Origin: Giardia intestinalis
Lineage: Eukaryota
Direction: 5' to 3' (one strand)
Length of the DNA: 64,000 nucleotides
Assembly (NCBI GenBank): GCA_000002435.2
Contig: CM018789.1
The notes under the pieces were generated by a model that ran no database searches, was not told where the DNA came from, and worked only from the letters and a program-made list of their open reading frames with translations. How positions within the stretch are numbered: position 1 is the first letter of the stretch; every line of letters begins with the position of its first letter. The translations under genes were made by a program, and so were the position numbers. Below, in pieces: positions 29,826-40,223 of this stretch.

Positions 29826-32800
29826 ATGTTTGCTCTTGTCATATGCTTGCTCCATGTCCTGACGAAGAGCACCAAAGTACAGCTAGCCCCAAAGAACTTC
29901 CCCGCTGCAGTGGAAAAGATTTGCGCCACCAGCGACATCGAGCATGTAAGTCTGACTGTGGACAATTATTTCGCAGTCTACTTCAAGGAGACTTGCGATC
30001 TCTCCTTTGTAACTAGATTAGTAGTACTCAACTACGGAACTAACCAAACGATCCAGCTGACGCACACTGCCACATATCCTAGACTGTACTATTCTCAGTT
30101 CACCAGCCCTATCGCCGCGTCACCTATGTTTCTACAGATCATCTATCCACATTGCTCCTTTAGTGGACTTATTCCCGTCAGTTTGCACCGCACCCCGTGT
30201 CTTATAACTGGTAACATAGTCGCTGGGATCTATGAGCAGTCACTCTACATCTACCCGGGAAATTTCAGCGTGCTCATGGGAACTGGCAAAGTATACTGTG
30301 ATACTTATCTCAACCCGCATCTAACGATAACCGTGAGTGGAACTGCATTGGACTGTATCTTTTACGAGTACTATTATTCCTGCCCTCTTTCCAGTGGTAC
30401 TCTTTCCAGTGACATAACCATATTCTCCATCTATAACACATCACCAATTGTTATTACATCAAGCAGTGTGAAGCAGTTTACTAAGCATTGCTTCACTGAA
30501 AGTCCAGACACGAACAGTGACTCTACCTATTCCTTCTACGCATCCGTCTATTCCAAGAGCAACCAAACAGTTCTTGTTGTGCGCCATCCGTATCTCTCTA
30601 CGGTTACGCCACCACCATCACCATCACCAGCGCCAGCGCCAGCCAACACTGACTGCTTGCCGGTGATGCACAAGTGTACTTACAATGGCGTATTAATGAA
30701 TCGTTTCAACTATCACCTGACGGCTAACTATACCGGTAAGAAGCCAACTCAAAGTGCTGCAGAGGCTGTCACCATAGTGTGCAACATTAATTCAACTAAA
30801 ACAATGGAGAGAAAAATAGCGAGCCCACCAGTTGAGGATAAGTATGTATGCTTCCATTCTTTCGTGGTCGCAGAGAAGCCAATGAACAACAGCGTCACAT
30901 CCCTTAATGACATGTTTATAATCTCTAATATGAAGATCGAGCTGACACCCTTCCTACTAAACATTCAGGACAACGAGACAACGTGCACGCTACTCCCCAA
31001 TACCTATCTAAAAATAAACACCACTATCTTTCAGAAAAACTATACCAATTATGCATTTAACTACCAGATGGATGTAACGGGCCAGGATAACGTTAGCCTT
31101 ATAGCACTGACCAACATAGACCCAGGCGTCTCTAATATCTACATGCTTCTCCCACAGTACATGTCCGATAGAGATGCTGGTGACATCACCCTGGACACAT
31201 ATCAAGGGGTTCCTATCTTTGATTTCTTGTCCTACACCACGAAAAATTGCTACGCTATTGACCAAATCCGTTATTACTGTGTTAATAATGTGTTCTACGT
31301 ATCAACTCAGAAATTCTGCAACCCACCAAGTCCTCCTGATAGCCTTACTATCTCTTTATATGATGCATCAGGTCCCAGTCACACCCTCAAACTGGATAAG
31401 TACAGCAGTGTGTCGGGCCAGAATTATATCCACAATTATACTGCCGCTGGTAATAATGAAATCTGCACTGCAAAGCCCTACTTTTCCGTAGACAAGTACC
31501 AGTATGGAGGGATATACCTCTTCATCAACCCACAGTTCCCCGTCAACCTTGCAATAGAGCTTACAGCCACCTACTGCTCCCTCATGGACCCTGCGTTTGA
31601 CTATCAAGTACAGCTCTTTGAAACAACCCTGTACTTTCAAGGGCTCTGCAAGCTCGATGGATACTGCTTTGAGGATATCTATTCTTACACACCTAAGCCT
31701 CTGCAGCTCATACCTAACAACGCAACCCCGGTCTCTCCTATTGAAACCCCGAGATACAAGTACTTCGTCTCATCTATTATAGGTTCAGATATGCCTTATC
31801 TCATAAGTCTGCGCACGTGCTCCAGGTCTGACGAGATAAAAACAAGCATTCTTGGAGCGCCAGCTGTTGGGATGTCAACTGTTCATGACTACTTTTACTC
31901 ATATTTTCAGTCGCCCATGGCTCATGAGATCAACTGGAACAACCAGACACGGCATATGATACTCAACTACACGCGCTCATGCATAGAGGCTCCAACTTAC
32001 TCCAACGCCACTTGGTATGTGCAGTTGATCGAGGCCTCCAACTGGGGCATTCTTGTTCTGGGAATTACTGGCGGTCTGTGCAGTAGTAATGGCATTGATG
32101 TGACCGTCACCTTCTTCGCTGTGTATACAGACTCGAACACACAGAACATGATTGAGCAGCCTATTCTTACCGAGCCCATGACTCTAACAGACACTTTATC
32201 TGCTTCCCACAAGTACCACATAAAGAATACTGATATCTGGCAATCATATTTGAATCTTAAGAATAAAGACGGCGTTACATTTTACGCCAATCTGACATTC
32301 AAGTACACATTCTTTTCTACAGAGAAACACTACATCCCCATCTCCGCCGTCACAGAGCCGTGCATAGTCAGAACCCTGACTACTAAACTACTTGAGATTG
32401 ACTACTCAACGAGCATACTAGAAACGTACGATCAGGAGGGATGCTATATGCTATCTGATTACGTTTACCTTGTCCTTCCATTGACGTCATCAAAACAGCA
32501 AGCTGCACTATTAGAAGAAAATCTGAAGGAACTGGTTGTCTTGGAAGAGCTTTTGCTGAACAACTTCTACTCTTTGGAGGATGTTTGGGCATTTATTGAC
32601 AGCACAAACGTTATGGACATAGCAGCAGCTATTGAGTGGAGCAAGAGCTCCATTCCACATCTCCAGCTGAAAGCTAACCGTGCCCGCACATCAGAGACTT
32701 GGGAGCGATACTCTTCGGGAGAGTATCCCACAGGAAATACAGCAGCCTTTGAGGCTGAGATCATTACCATGTTCAACATGCGCAATAGTAGTCTAGACAT

Positions 32801-34472
32801 GCGTGTGCTAGCACCTTCGCTCTACAAGTATTGGCGCCTTGCCACTACCACTCTTCCATTGATAAATACCAGCCTCGGTGAAAGAACTATCAAAAGCAAT
32901 GCCATGCCAGCGATTCCGTTACCCTTGTCGTTTCGGCTCTCTACTATCCGGAATTTTATCCCAGATTACAGTGTATTTCCAACGCTTGCAGAGCAACTGA
33001 AAAAAGACTTAAATACAGATCTATCCACCGATATCATCACTAATCAGGCTAAGTATAACGTCAGCGGTCTACTAGGTTCCAAAGTGATCAACTTCACAAT
33101 CGGTAAGACCATCCTTTACAACGCAACACCCCTCTCGTTTTATCAGTACAACAACTTCATCATGCTCGTGCTGACACTCGGCAACAGCACTAACAAACAA
33201 TCGAATGTAGATACCAATATATTAATTATGCAATCACCAATTTACACGCCTTTCCTGCTATTATCAGATGCTTCCGAGACTCAAGTGGAGACCATTGACG
33301 ACTACCTCACTATTTACTGTCCATCGTGCATTTTGTATGATCAAGTTCTCTACGTCACTGACCTTCACCTCATTGAGTTCATTTCCCGCTCGAACGTACA
33401 GTCGTTACCTGTCTACCTGTCCACACGCGCCCCAGTGAACGCAGTACGGTACAACTACAGCTACACCATCCGCATCGGTGTACAGATAAACCAATCAAAT
33501 GTGTCCTTCCGCTTTCCTATCTATAATAAGGATATATCTCTCTCTACCCAGTTTATCCCCAATGTCTGCTTCATTAACGGGTACATGAAAGCTTGTCTTA
33601 AGTCGAACAAACTATTTATTTTGCTTGAGTTGGTGAACTGCATTGATATGCGGCCGAGTTCCATTGTCTTCACGTTGGCGGCAAAAGAGGATCTAGAGCC
33701 AGCTGTCGCGATGCAGCTAGGGGTACGTAACAAGGCACTCACTACTGTCAATGAGAACGAAAACTGGGTCTCGTATGCACATGTATTTGATGATGATAAG
33801 GACGTCAATGCTAGTCTTATCATGATGCTGGCAACAAACAACACCTTAGACGTCGTGCTCAGGGCCTCAATAGGCAATACACTTGTCACCAGGCTCGTAC
33901 CAATAGATGTCACTTTATTCTCCATTGAGGAGCAGTACTGGGTGGTGTATCTAATTATCTGGATTGCCATGATAAGCGGTTTGAGCATGTGCACCTGGGT
34001 GATCATAAAAACTCATAGGCTACGGAGCCTCAAAAGGAAGATCATCACTTTAGCAAACTATGAGCTTACCAGGAACCCTACCCTGTATAGATCTATCGAA
34101 AACTCGTTCCAAAAGCATATAAATGAGAATGGTATAAGCCACTCATTGCTGGCTCTACACGTTCTACTGAAAAGGGACTGGTCGATCGATGAGATAGCAC
34201 AAGAGTGCCAGACGACTCCAAGGGTCATTAGCGGATGGAAGGAGAACCTTAAGGGCTTCCTAGATGGACATGATAGGGCTGATAAAAGGAGAGCAAGCGC
34301 GCTTGAGAAGATGAAGCACAAGCTAATGGTGGCAGAACGGCGGAAGAATATGCAGAGGAAGACATCCATCCAATTCTTGAAGAAGAGCAGAAGGAAAGGT
34401 ATGCCTTCACAAACACACAGCACAGACAATCTCCTGTCCACTGATTCAGAAATGACGCACGCCAATAGCTGA
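29826..34472 (+). CDS. Very large type-I membrane protein (about 1548 aa): signal peptide, huge N-glycosylation-sequon-rich ectodomain, single C-terminal TM, basic cytoplasmic tail.
   Basis: The first ATG at 29826 gives MFALVICLLHVLTKS (signal-peptide-like). Dozens of NxS/T sequons. Hydrophobic segment YWVVYLIIWIAMISGLSMCTWVII is followed by KTHRLRSLKRK. The track start at 29676 is TTG. Not Cys-rich, so not a VSP or HCMP. Confidence 0.55.
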   Translation: MFALVICLLHVLTKSTKVQLAPKNFPAAVEKICATSDIEHVSLTVDNYFAVYFKETCDLSFVTRLVVLNYGTNQTIQLTHTATYPRLYYSQFTSPIAASPMFLQIIYPHCSFSGLIPVSLHRTPCLITGNIVAGIYEQSLYIYPGNFSVLMGTGKVYCDTYLNPHLTITVSGTALDCIFYEYYYSCPLSSGTLSSDITIFSIYNTSPIVITSSSVKQFTKHCFTESPDTNSDSTYSFYASVYSKSNQTVLVVRHPYLSTVTPPPSPSPAPAPANTDCLPVMHKCTYNGVLMNRFNYHLTANYTGKKPTQSAAEAVTIVCNINSTKTMERKIASPPVEDKYVCFHSFVVAEKPMNNSVTSLNDMFIISNMKIELTPFLLNIQDNETTCTLLPNTYLKINTTIFQKNYTNYAFNYQMDVTGQDNVSLIALTNIDPGVSNIYMLLPQYMSDRDAGDITLDTYQGVPIFDFLSYTTKNCYAIDQIRYYCVNNVFYVSTQKFCNPPSPPDSLTISLYDASGPSHTLKLDKYSSVSGQNYIHNYTAAGNNEICTAKPYFSVDKYQYGGIYLFINPQFPVNLAIELTATYCSLMDPAFDYQVQLFETTLYFQGLCKLDGYCFEDIYSYTPKPLQLIPNNATPVSPIETPRYKYFVSSIIGSDMPYLISLRTCSRSDEIKTSILGAPAVGMSTVHDYFYSYFQSPMAHEINWNNQTRHMILNYTRSCIEAPTYSNATWYVQLIEASNWGILVLGITGGLCSSNGIDVTVTFFAVYTDSNTQNMIEQPILTEPMTLTDTLSASHKYHIKNTDIWQSYLNLKNKDGVTFYANLTFKYTFFSTEKHYIPISAVTEPCIVRTLTTKLLEIDYSTSILETYDQEGCYMLSDYVYLVLPLTSSKQQAALLEENLKELVVLEELLLNNFYSLEDVWAFIDSTNVMDIAAAIEWSKSSIPHLQLKANRARTSETWERYSSGEYPTGNTAAFEAEIITMFNMRNSSLDMRVLAPSLYKYWRLATTTLPLINTSLGERTIKSNAMPAIPLPLSFRLSTIRNFIPDYSVFPTLAEQLKKDLNTDLSTDIITNQAKYNVSGLLGSKVINFTIGKTILYNATPLSFYQYNNFIMLVLTLGNSTNKQSNVDTNILIMQSPIYTPFLLLSDASETQVETIDDYLTIYCPSCILYDQVLYVTDLHLIEFISRSNVQSLPVYLSTRAPVNAVRYNYSYTIRIGVQINQSNVSFRFPIYNKDISLSTQFIPNVCFINGYMKACLKSNKLFILLELVNCIDMRPSSIVFTLAAKEDLEPAVAMQLGVRNKALTTVNENENWVSYAHVFDDDKDVNASLIMMLATNNTLDVVLRASIGNTLVTRLVPIDVTLFSIEEQYWVVYLIIWIAMISGLSMCTWVIIKTHRLRSLKRKIITLANYELTRNPTLYRSIENSFQKHINENGISHSLLALHVLLKRDWSIDEIAQECQTTPRVISGWKENLKGFLDGHDRADKRRASALEKMKHKLMVAERRKNMQRKTSIQFLKKSRRKGMPSQTHSTDNLLSTDSEMTHANS

Positions 34473-34632
34473 CTGTAAAGTTTAACCACAATCCGTCTAG
34501 AGGTTGCAGAGATTTTTCTTTTATCAATCTACTAGTATTTGCCAAGACTACAATTAATTGTATCCCCCTGCATGCTGTGACACCTGGACATGAAAAATTA
34601 AATTTAAATATTAAGAAAATTGCCAGCATAAA

Positions 34633-35316
34633 ATGTCCAGCGGCGGACACCATTATATCTTCAAGTACATCATCGTAGGCGACTCTGCGGTCGGAAAGTC
34701 CTGCCTCTTGTTGAGGTTCGTTGAACAGAAGTTTATCCCTCTGCATGATGTAACAGTGGGAGTGGAGTTTTGCAACAAGACCCTTCAGGTGCCCTCGAAA
34801 GATGGCTCTGAAAAGACCGTCAAGGTGCAGATTTGGGACACTGCAGGCCAGGAGCAGTTTCGTTCCATAACAAGAAGCTATTACAGAGGAGCGGCCGGCG
34901 CTCTTCTCGTTTATGACGTCACGAACAGGAGTAGCTTTGAAGCCCTTGAGGGTTGGCTTAAGGACATGCTCGCCGGGGTGGGCATGGAAGCCAGTCCGAA
35001 CGGCGTTAGCGGCATGGTTATTATGTTAGTGGGAAACAAGACAGATCTCGAGCACAAGAGGAAAGTCTCGAAGGAAGAGGGCGAGCAGTTTGCCCGTGAC
35101 CACGGCCTTCTCTTCATCGAAACCTCAGCAAAAGACGACCTGAACGTCTCGGAGAGCTTTAACGAGACGGCGCGGACCATTCTTGAGAAAGTGGAAACAG
35201 GGGAGATCGACTGCGTCTCTAAGGATAGTGGGGTGAAGGCAGGGGCTCTCAATATGAGCGCTGCAGCGACCACTGCCTCGTCCACTGACAGCACATTTGG
35301 AAATTGCTCCTGTTGA
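34633..35316 (+). CDS. RAB2: Rab family small GTPase, Rab2-like.
   Basis: FKYIIVGDSAVGKSCLLLRF (P-loop), WDTAGQEQFRSITRSYYRGAAGALLVYDVT, GNKTDLE, ETSAK and a C-terminal CSC prenylation motif. Collinear with Rab2 (YRGAAGALLVYDIT.R). It contains loop insertions relative to metazoan Rab2. An AGTAAAC motif follows the stop. Confidence 0.85.
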   Translation: MSSGGHHYIFKYIIVGDSAVGKSCLLLRFVEQKFIPLHDVTVGVEFCNKTLQVPSKDGSEKTVKVQIWDTAGQEQFRSITRSYYRGAAGALLVYDVTNRSSFEALEGWLKDMLAGVGMEASPNGVSGMVIMLVGNKTDLEHKRKVSKEEGEQFARDHGLLFIETSAKDDLNVSESFNETARTILEKVETGEIDCVSKDSGVKAGALNMSAAATTASSTDSTFGNCSC

Positions 35317-35437
35317 TCTCTCCCTGCCCCGCTCCCGTTATGAATGTGTTCCCAGTAAACTTGATTGCCTTATATGCTGTACGTGGCTACCAATCTATCT
35401 ATGCAGCAGAGGGCCCGCATTCGTCCCATTGTATAAA

Positions 35438-36346
35438 ATGGGAGACTTGTTATATGCACCGTTCTATGCACGACTACCGTCTCTGCCAGCTCTGTCTCCA
35501 TCCAAACATTTACATTATGTGCCCCTCCGCACGGAGGTTGTTCCAAAAGCAGACTCCACTAACACGACAACCTCCAACGCACCCTCTTCTCTGGCCAACA
35601 GGAAGGCGTCCATACGCCCGCCATCTGCAAACATGATACAGCCTCATCCTCACAGACGTGCTGCACAGTTTTACGACGGCCATACAGTCATCGTCCCGCC
35701 CGTTCAGGAGACAGTCAAGATTCCTACCCGGACACAACACATTAAAGCTCAAGATGCCTTTCTGAAACAGGTAGAGCATATAAACTGTGAGTACTCCCCA
35801 TCAAAGATACGAACCTCCCGCGGTATTAAAGCAGAGCTACTTCCCTCTGTGCTGCTGGAGTGCTGCAAAGATGAACCCTGCTATGCATACTTGCTCTCCG
35901 AGTTGGCTAAGGCTGTGGAAAGGCATAAGAGCAGGCTCAAACCTGCTGCAGAGGTCGAGGGCTGTGAAGCAAACCTAGAATCCAAGGAGTCACGAGTTAC
36001 TGATAGAGCTCAAACAGAGAGTCCTAACGCAAAGGAAGGACCTGACGATGAGATAGAGAGGCTTGGAGAGACATCTGGAAACATAGTGTCATTGGCGAAG
36101 CTAGTTGCAAAGAAGGAGATCGAGGCAAGTACGTATCGCAAACGCATGGATCATATGAAGACAACCCTCACAAAGCTGAATAAAGAAATTCAAATAGCCA
36201 AGACAACAATAGGTGCGCTGAATGCAGAGATTGCACGTCTTGAATCAATATACCAAATTTCAATGGAGTCCAGAGCGCCTGGTACACTGAAAGAGCGAAT
36301 GATGAACTTAGATAAGACTGCCCATATGATACTCGCCGGCGAGTAG
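35438..36346 (+). CDS. Hypothetical protein with a C-terminal coiled coil.
   Basis: The track start at 35297 is TTG and would overlap the Rab gene. The first ATG at 35438 is preceded by cattgtataaa. C-terminal heptad region (IQIAKTTIGALNAEIARLESIYQ). Confidence 0.4.
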   Translation: MGDLLYAPFYARLPSLPALSPSKHLHYVPLRTEVVPKADSTNTTTSNAPSSLANRKASIRPPSANMIQPHPHRRAAQFYDGHTVIVPPVQETVKIPTRTQHIKAQDAFLKQVEHINCEYSPSKIRTSRGIKAELLPSVLLECCKDEPCYAYLLSELAKAVERHKSRLKPAAEVEGCEANLESKESRVTDRAQTESPNAKEGPDDEIERLGETSGNIVSLAKLVAKKEIEASTYRKRMDHMKTTLTKLNKEIQIAKTTIGALNAEIARLESIYQISMESRAPGTLKERMMNLDKTAHMILAGE

Positions 36347-38140
36347 CTAACGCTTTTGACGCTGAAACATCGATCCACGTTGGCTCCTTTGGGACTGGGA
36401 GGGCTGTCCTGGTTGCACAGACCCAGTACTTCCCAATGGAGGAAGCGCTGGTGTTATAGAGCTGCCTCGCCTTGCCGACAATTCAGCATTCTGTGCCTTA
36501 AGACTTGATAGCGTGTAAAGTAAATCTGAACGTTCTTGGCACTCCTTGAAGACTGTCTGCTGCAGGCACTGGATCTTCTTCTCCAGGTCAGAGATGTACT
36601 TCCGTGCTTCTTCTAATAATTTGGTTGACGTGGTCTCACCTCGGAGACTTTCTGCCTCTCGTGTCTTCTCTGCTAGTTTAGTCTCTAGATCTACAATGTG
36701 AGACCTCATATCCTGGATTTTCAGATCCATGTCACAGATAAGCTTCTCTTTCTGTTCCTTCTCACTACGCAGCTGTGCAGCTTTCTTCTCCACATCGAGG
36801 GCTTGGTTCTCAAGGAGCTCATTATCGCGCTGCAACTCGCGCAACCTCTTTCGTAGTGCTTCTTCAGCTGCTGAGCTTGTCTTGCCGGATTCTTGTAAAG
36901 CATAACGGAGATCTTCGAGCTCTGTGCTTAGCTTTTTGTTACGCTGGAGAAGAGCCTCTTGCTCTCCTTGTAACTTAGAATACCTTTGATTTGCTGCATC
37001 TGATTCAGTCGTTTCCATAGTCAGAGCCTTGTGTAGGTCTGCTAGCTCTTGTTCTAATGCCTTATATTTGGATGTAGTTTCAGTCTCAAGCCTTTTCAGC
37101 TGAAGTAGTGCATCTGCGAGTCTGTTTGACAGTGCGGTGAGTGTTGATTGGTGGGACTCTATGTCCGCTTGGTGGAGCTTACGGAACTCAGACAGCTCCT
37201 TCAGGAACACTTGTAGGTTGCTCTGCAAAGCCTCTGCATTTTCCTTGCTGCTTTGTAGCTGTTTCAAAAGATCTGCAAGTTCATCATTCCTTGTTTGGAG
37301 CTCACATGTAAGCAAGTTTATTCGTTGTAAGCTTTCTTTCTCACTTGTATTCAGAGTATTGCATTGATTGATTCGTGTTTGCAGTTCGGCTCGAAGCTGA
37401 TCTATCTCTGTTGTCATAACAGAAACCTGCTTCTCCAGTGTCTCATTTGTCGTAGTAAGTAAAGAAATAGCCTCCTTCAGCTCCTGAACCTCCACCCCGA
37501 GTATCTTGTTGTGAGAGTTAACCTCGTTTAGTGTGGACTGCAGAGCTGCTATTTCCTCCTCTAACGTAAGCCTCACTAATCTAAGGTCCTCCTGGGCGGC
37601 AGATAGGCACGTCTGTAAACGCTTTCCCTCGAGCTCGGAGGCTTCCAGCTGCTCACTATAACTGTTCTGTAGGCTCAGTACTAATCTGTGGAGAGCATCC
37701 ATCATTCCAGGAATGATTGTTGGGTCAGTAGCCTTAAGGCATTGGAGTGCTTCTCGGAGAGACACTATTTCTTCACGCAGGCTGCCGAGACCTGTTTGGA
37801 GCCGCTGAATACACGAGAGCAGAGCCTTATTCCGTTCCTCCATCTCTTTCGTCTTTATCATTGCACGATCCCTCTCCGCAGAGGCCTCGTCTGCCCGGGC
37901 TTTGAAGGCTTCGGTTAGATTTGTCAGAGCATCCATCGAAGTGAGCGTATTCATCTGAGATGACTGGGCGTTACTCTTCATTCGCATAAGACTTGCATTT
38001 TCTGTTTCTAGCTCGGCAATCCGCCGCTTCAAGCGCTCCACCTCATGGAGAATAAGGTAGCTAACACCACAGAAAGAACAACTATTCTCGTCCTTTCCTG
38101 TGTCCGCTAAGTCATCTGGCAGGGGCTTCAAAGGCTCCAT
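36347..38140 (-). CDS. Long coiled-coil protein with an N-terminal CxxC..H motif.
   Basis: The first ATG gives MEPLKPLPDD...CSFCGVSYLILHEVERLKRR, followed by about 500 aa of continuous coiled coil. The track start is TTG. Confidence 0.55.
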   Translation of the reverse strand: MEPLKPLPDDLADTGKDENSCSFCGVSYLILHEVERLKRRIAELETENASLMRMKSNAQSSQMNTLTSMDALTNLTEAFKARADEASAERDRAMIKTKEMEERNKALLSCIQRLQTGLGSLREEIVSLREALQCLKATDPTIIPGMMDALHRLVLSLQNSYSEQLEASELEGKRLQTCLSAAQEDLRLVRLTLEEEIAALQSTLNEVNSHNKILGVEVQELKEAISLLTTTNETLEKQVSVMTTEIDQLRAELQTRINQCNTLNTSEKESLQRINLLTCELQTRNDELADLLKQLQSSKENAEALQSNLQVFLKELSEFRKLHQADIESHQSTLTALSNRLADALLQLKRLETETTSKYKALEQELADLHKALTMETTESDAANQRYSKLQGEQEALLQRNKKLSTELEDLRYALQESGKTSSAAEEALRKRLRELQRDNELLENQALDVEKKAAQLRSEKEQKEKLICDMDLKIQDMRSHIVDLETKLAEKTREAESLRGETTSTKLLEEARKYISDLEKKIQCLQQTVFKECQERSDLLYTLSSLKAQNAELSARRGSSITPALPPLGSTGSVQPGQPSQSQRSQRGSMFQRQKR

Positions 38141-38211
38141 CTGATCCGCTTGGAACCGTGCAGTGAGCCCAATCGGCCTAACAAAATAGTTAACTAACAA
38201 AACACTTAAAA

Positions 38212-39924
38212 ATGTTCAAGAAGAAGAACAAGAAGAATGCGTTTAACGAACAGATCGAAAGCAGCTCCATCTCCCAGCCCTTTGATCTTAAGCGCGGGAT
38301 AAGTGTGCGGTACGATCCCCAGACGGGGAAGTTCACTGGCTTACCGGAGGAGTGGCAAAAGCTGGGGCTTATCCCAGAGTCTATGATAAGTACTATCACA
38401 GATATGGCCAACGCAGCTCCTAGCTTAGAGGACGGTGGGAACGGTGACAAACCTCTCATTAAATTATCTAGCCAGTCTATTGACAAGCAGATAGACTTTC
38501 ACACGGGTAACATAGCTCCTTCCTTCTTGGCCACAAACGCTACTCTAGACTCTCTCTACCATATAGATCAGATGGACATTCTTACAGACGCCGTGAAACC
38601 GACGCTTCCTAGCAAGAAGCTGCTGCGCAGCCTCCAAACGCAAAACATCTTCATCAGTAGACCCACCGGCTTTACACACAAGAATCACGTGACCGTAGAT
38701 CCTACTAATGCAACAAGGTACATTGGTCTGCCGAAGGAGTGGGAGGCGAAGCTGGAGGCCGTGGGGTTGGATATCCAGAAAATAGGGCAGAACAAGGACG
38801 ATCTGGACGCTCTCTGCGCAATCATGGATAACTTTTATGATGATAAGATACCCATAAAACCAGATGATCAGGATTTCATGATCCAGGCATTTGATGGAAC
38901 GGACAAGTATGCAGTCCCCAAGTTCCACAGCCTCCCCACAGCAGACACATATAATGACATTCTCGAGAAGCTCCACGACAACTTCACAGAAGTTAATACA
39001 ATTGCAGATGTCTATAGCAATCCACAGGAGGTCGGGCACGGGTCGTCCGGGCATGTCTATCGCGCCACAGAGATAAAGACTGGCAATGTCGTTGCCATAA
39101 AATCTATATCTGCAATAAATTTCCTTACAGACGATGGAAAGAAGGTCCGTGACATAAAATCTGCGGAAGCTGCGACACTCATGGCTCTGAAGAATGAAGT
39201 AGCCCTCATGTATCTTTCAAAAGAGTGCGAGTACATAGTAAAGCTCCACAAAGTATACTTTTCCAAGGCAGCCAAGGAGTTTTATATGATTATGGATTAC
39301 TGCAACGCTAACTGTCTGACCAACATCTTGTCCAGGCACGGATACATAAAGAACGAGCGTGTCTCCTGTATGATTATTCGTGACATTCTAAAAGCCCTGA
39401 ACCATTTACACGAGAACCATAGAATTTACCGGGATCTGAAGTCTGACAATGTCCTTCTAAACGCTGAGCTCATCAACAGCTTAGCCCAGGACGGGGCCAT
39501 AACAAAGAAGAAGAAGTTTTCGCTAAAGCTGTCTGACTTTGGCTTTGCAGTCCAGCTGAATACGAAGCAGCCTACGCGCAAGTCTGTGGTAGGCACTCCA
39601 TTTTGGATGGCTCCCGAGCTCATACGCGGCACAGAATACAACACAAAGGTAGATTGCTGGTCACTGGGAATTGTTGTGCTGGAGCTTTGCGAGTCTCTTC
39701 CCCCGCACATGGAGATGCAGCCACTCAAGGCTGTTTTCAAAATTGTCACCAGCCCTGCTCCCAGCTTCAAGAAGCCATCGCAGTGGACACCAGAGCTCAA
39801 CGACTTTTTGGCCAGGTGCCTCGATAAGGACCCTGATAGTAGATGGAGCTGTGCCCAGCTCCTTGAGCATCCATGGATTAAGAGTGTGGACAACGCCCCC
39901 TTGGATTTAAGTGATTACTTCTAG
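38212..39924 (+). CDS. PAK: p21-activated kinase (PAK/STE20 group) with two N-terminal CRIB/PBD motifs.
   Basis: CRIB motif 1 is ISQPFDLKRGISVRYDPQTGKFTGLPEEWQKL. CRIB motif 2 is ISRPTGFTHKNHVTVDPTNATRYIGLPKEWEAKL. Kinase motifs: GHGSSGHVY...VAIK, HRIYRDLKSDNVLL, DFGFA, GTPFWMAPE, DCWSLGI. Confidence 0.85.
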   Translation: MFKKKNKKNAFNEQIESSSISQPFDLKRGISVRYDPQTGKFTGLPEEWQKLGLIPESMISTITDMANAAPSLEDGGNGDKPLIKLSSQSIDKQIDFHTGNIAPSFLATNATLDSLYHIDQMDILTDAVKPTLPSKKLLRSLQTQNIFISRPTGFTHKNHVTVDPTNATRYIGLPKEWEAKLEAVGLDIQKIGQNKDDLDALCAIMDNFYDDKIPIKPDDQDFMIQAFDGTDKYAVPKFHSLPTADTYNDILEKLHDNFTEVNTIADVYSNPQEVGHGSSGHVYRATEIKTGNVVAIKSISAINFLTDDGKKVRDIKSAEAATLMALKNEVALMYLSKECEYIVKLHKVYFSKAAKEFYMIMDYCNANCLTNILSRHGYIKNERVSCMIIRDILKALNHLHENHRIYRDLKSDNVLLNAELINSLAQDGAITKKKKFSLKLSDFGFAVQLNTKQPTRKSVVGTPFWMAPELIRGTEYNTKVDCWSLGIVVLELCESLPPHMEMQPLKAVFKIVTSPAPSFKKPSQWTPELNDFLARCLDKDPDSRWSCAQLLEHPWIKSVDNAPLDLSDYF

Positions 39925-40223
39925 CTGACTACCTTATTTACCTTCATGCTTTGCCGCGTGGATCCTAGAATAAATTCCCATCCTTATATTTCATATTATG
40001 ACTTCATGACTTATTTAACTAGAAAGAAAACTCTGTTGAAGGCTGTGGATTATTTTCAAAAGATAAAATAAGTGGGATAATATGAGGTGTAACATGAAGT
40101 GTGGTAGTGCTAGGTTTAAGAATTCGATAGAAGGATAGTGTGTATATCAATATCTCCGTGCACCAATATCTCTAGTCCAGAGTAGACAAATACATGGAAA
40201 GAAAAAGTAGACTAACTGCAGCC

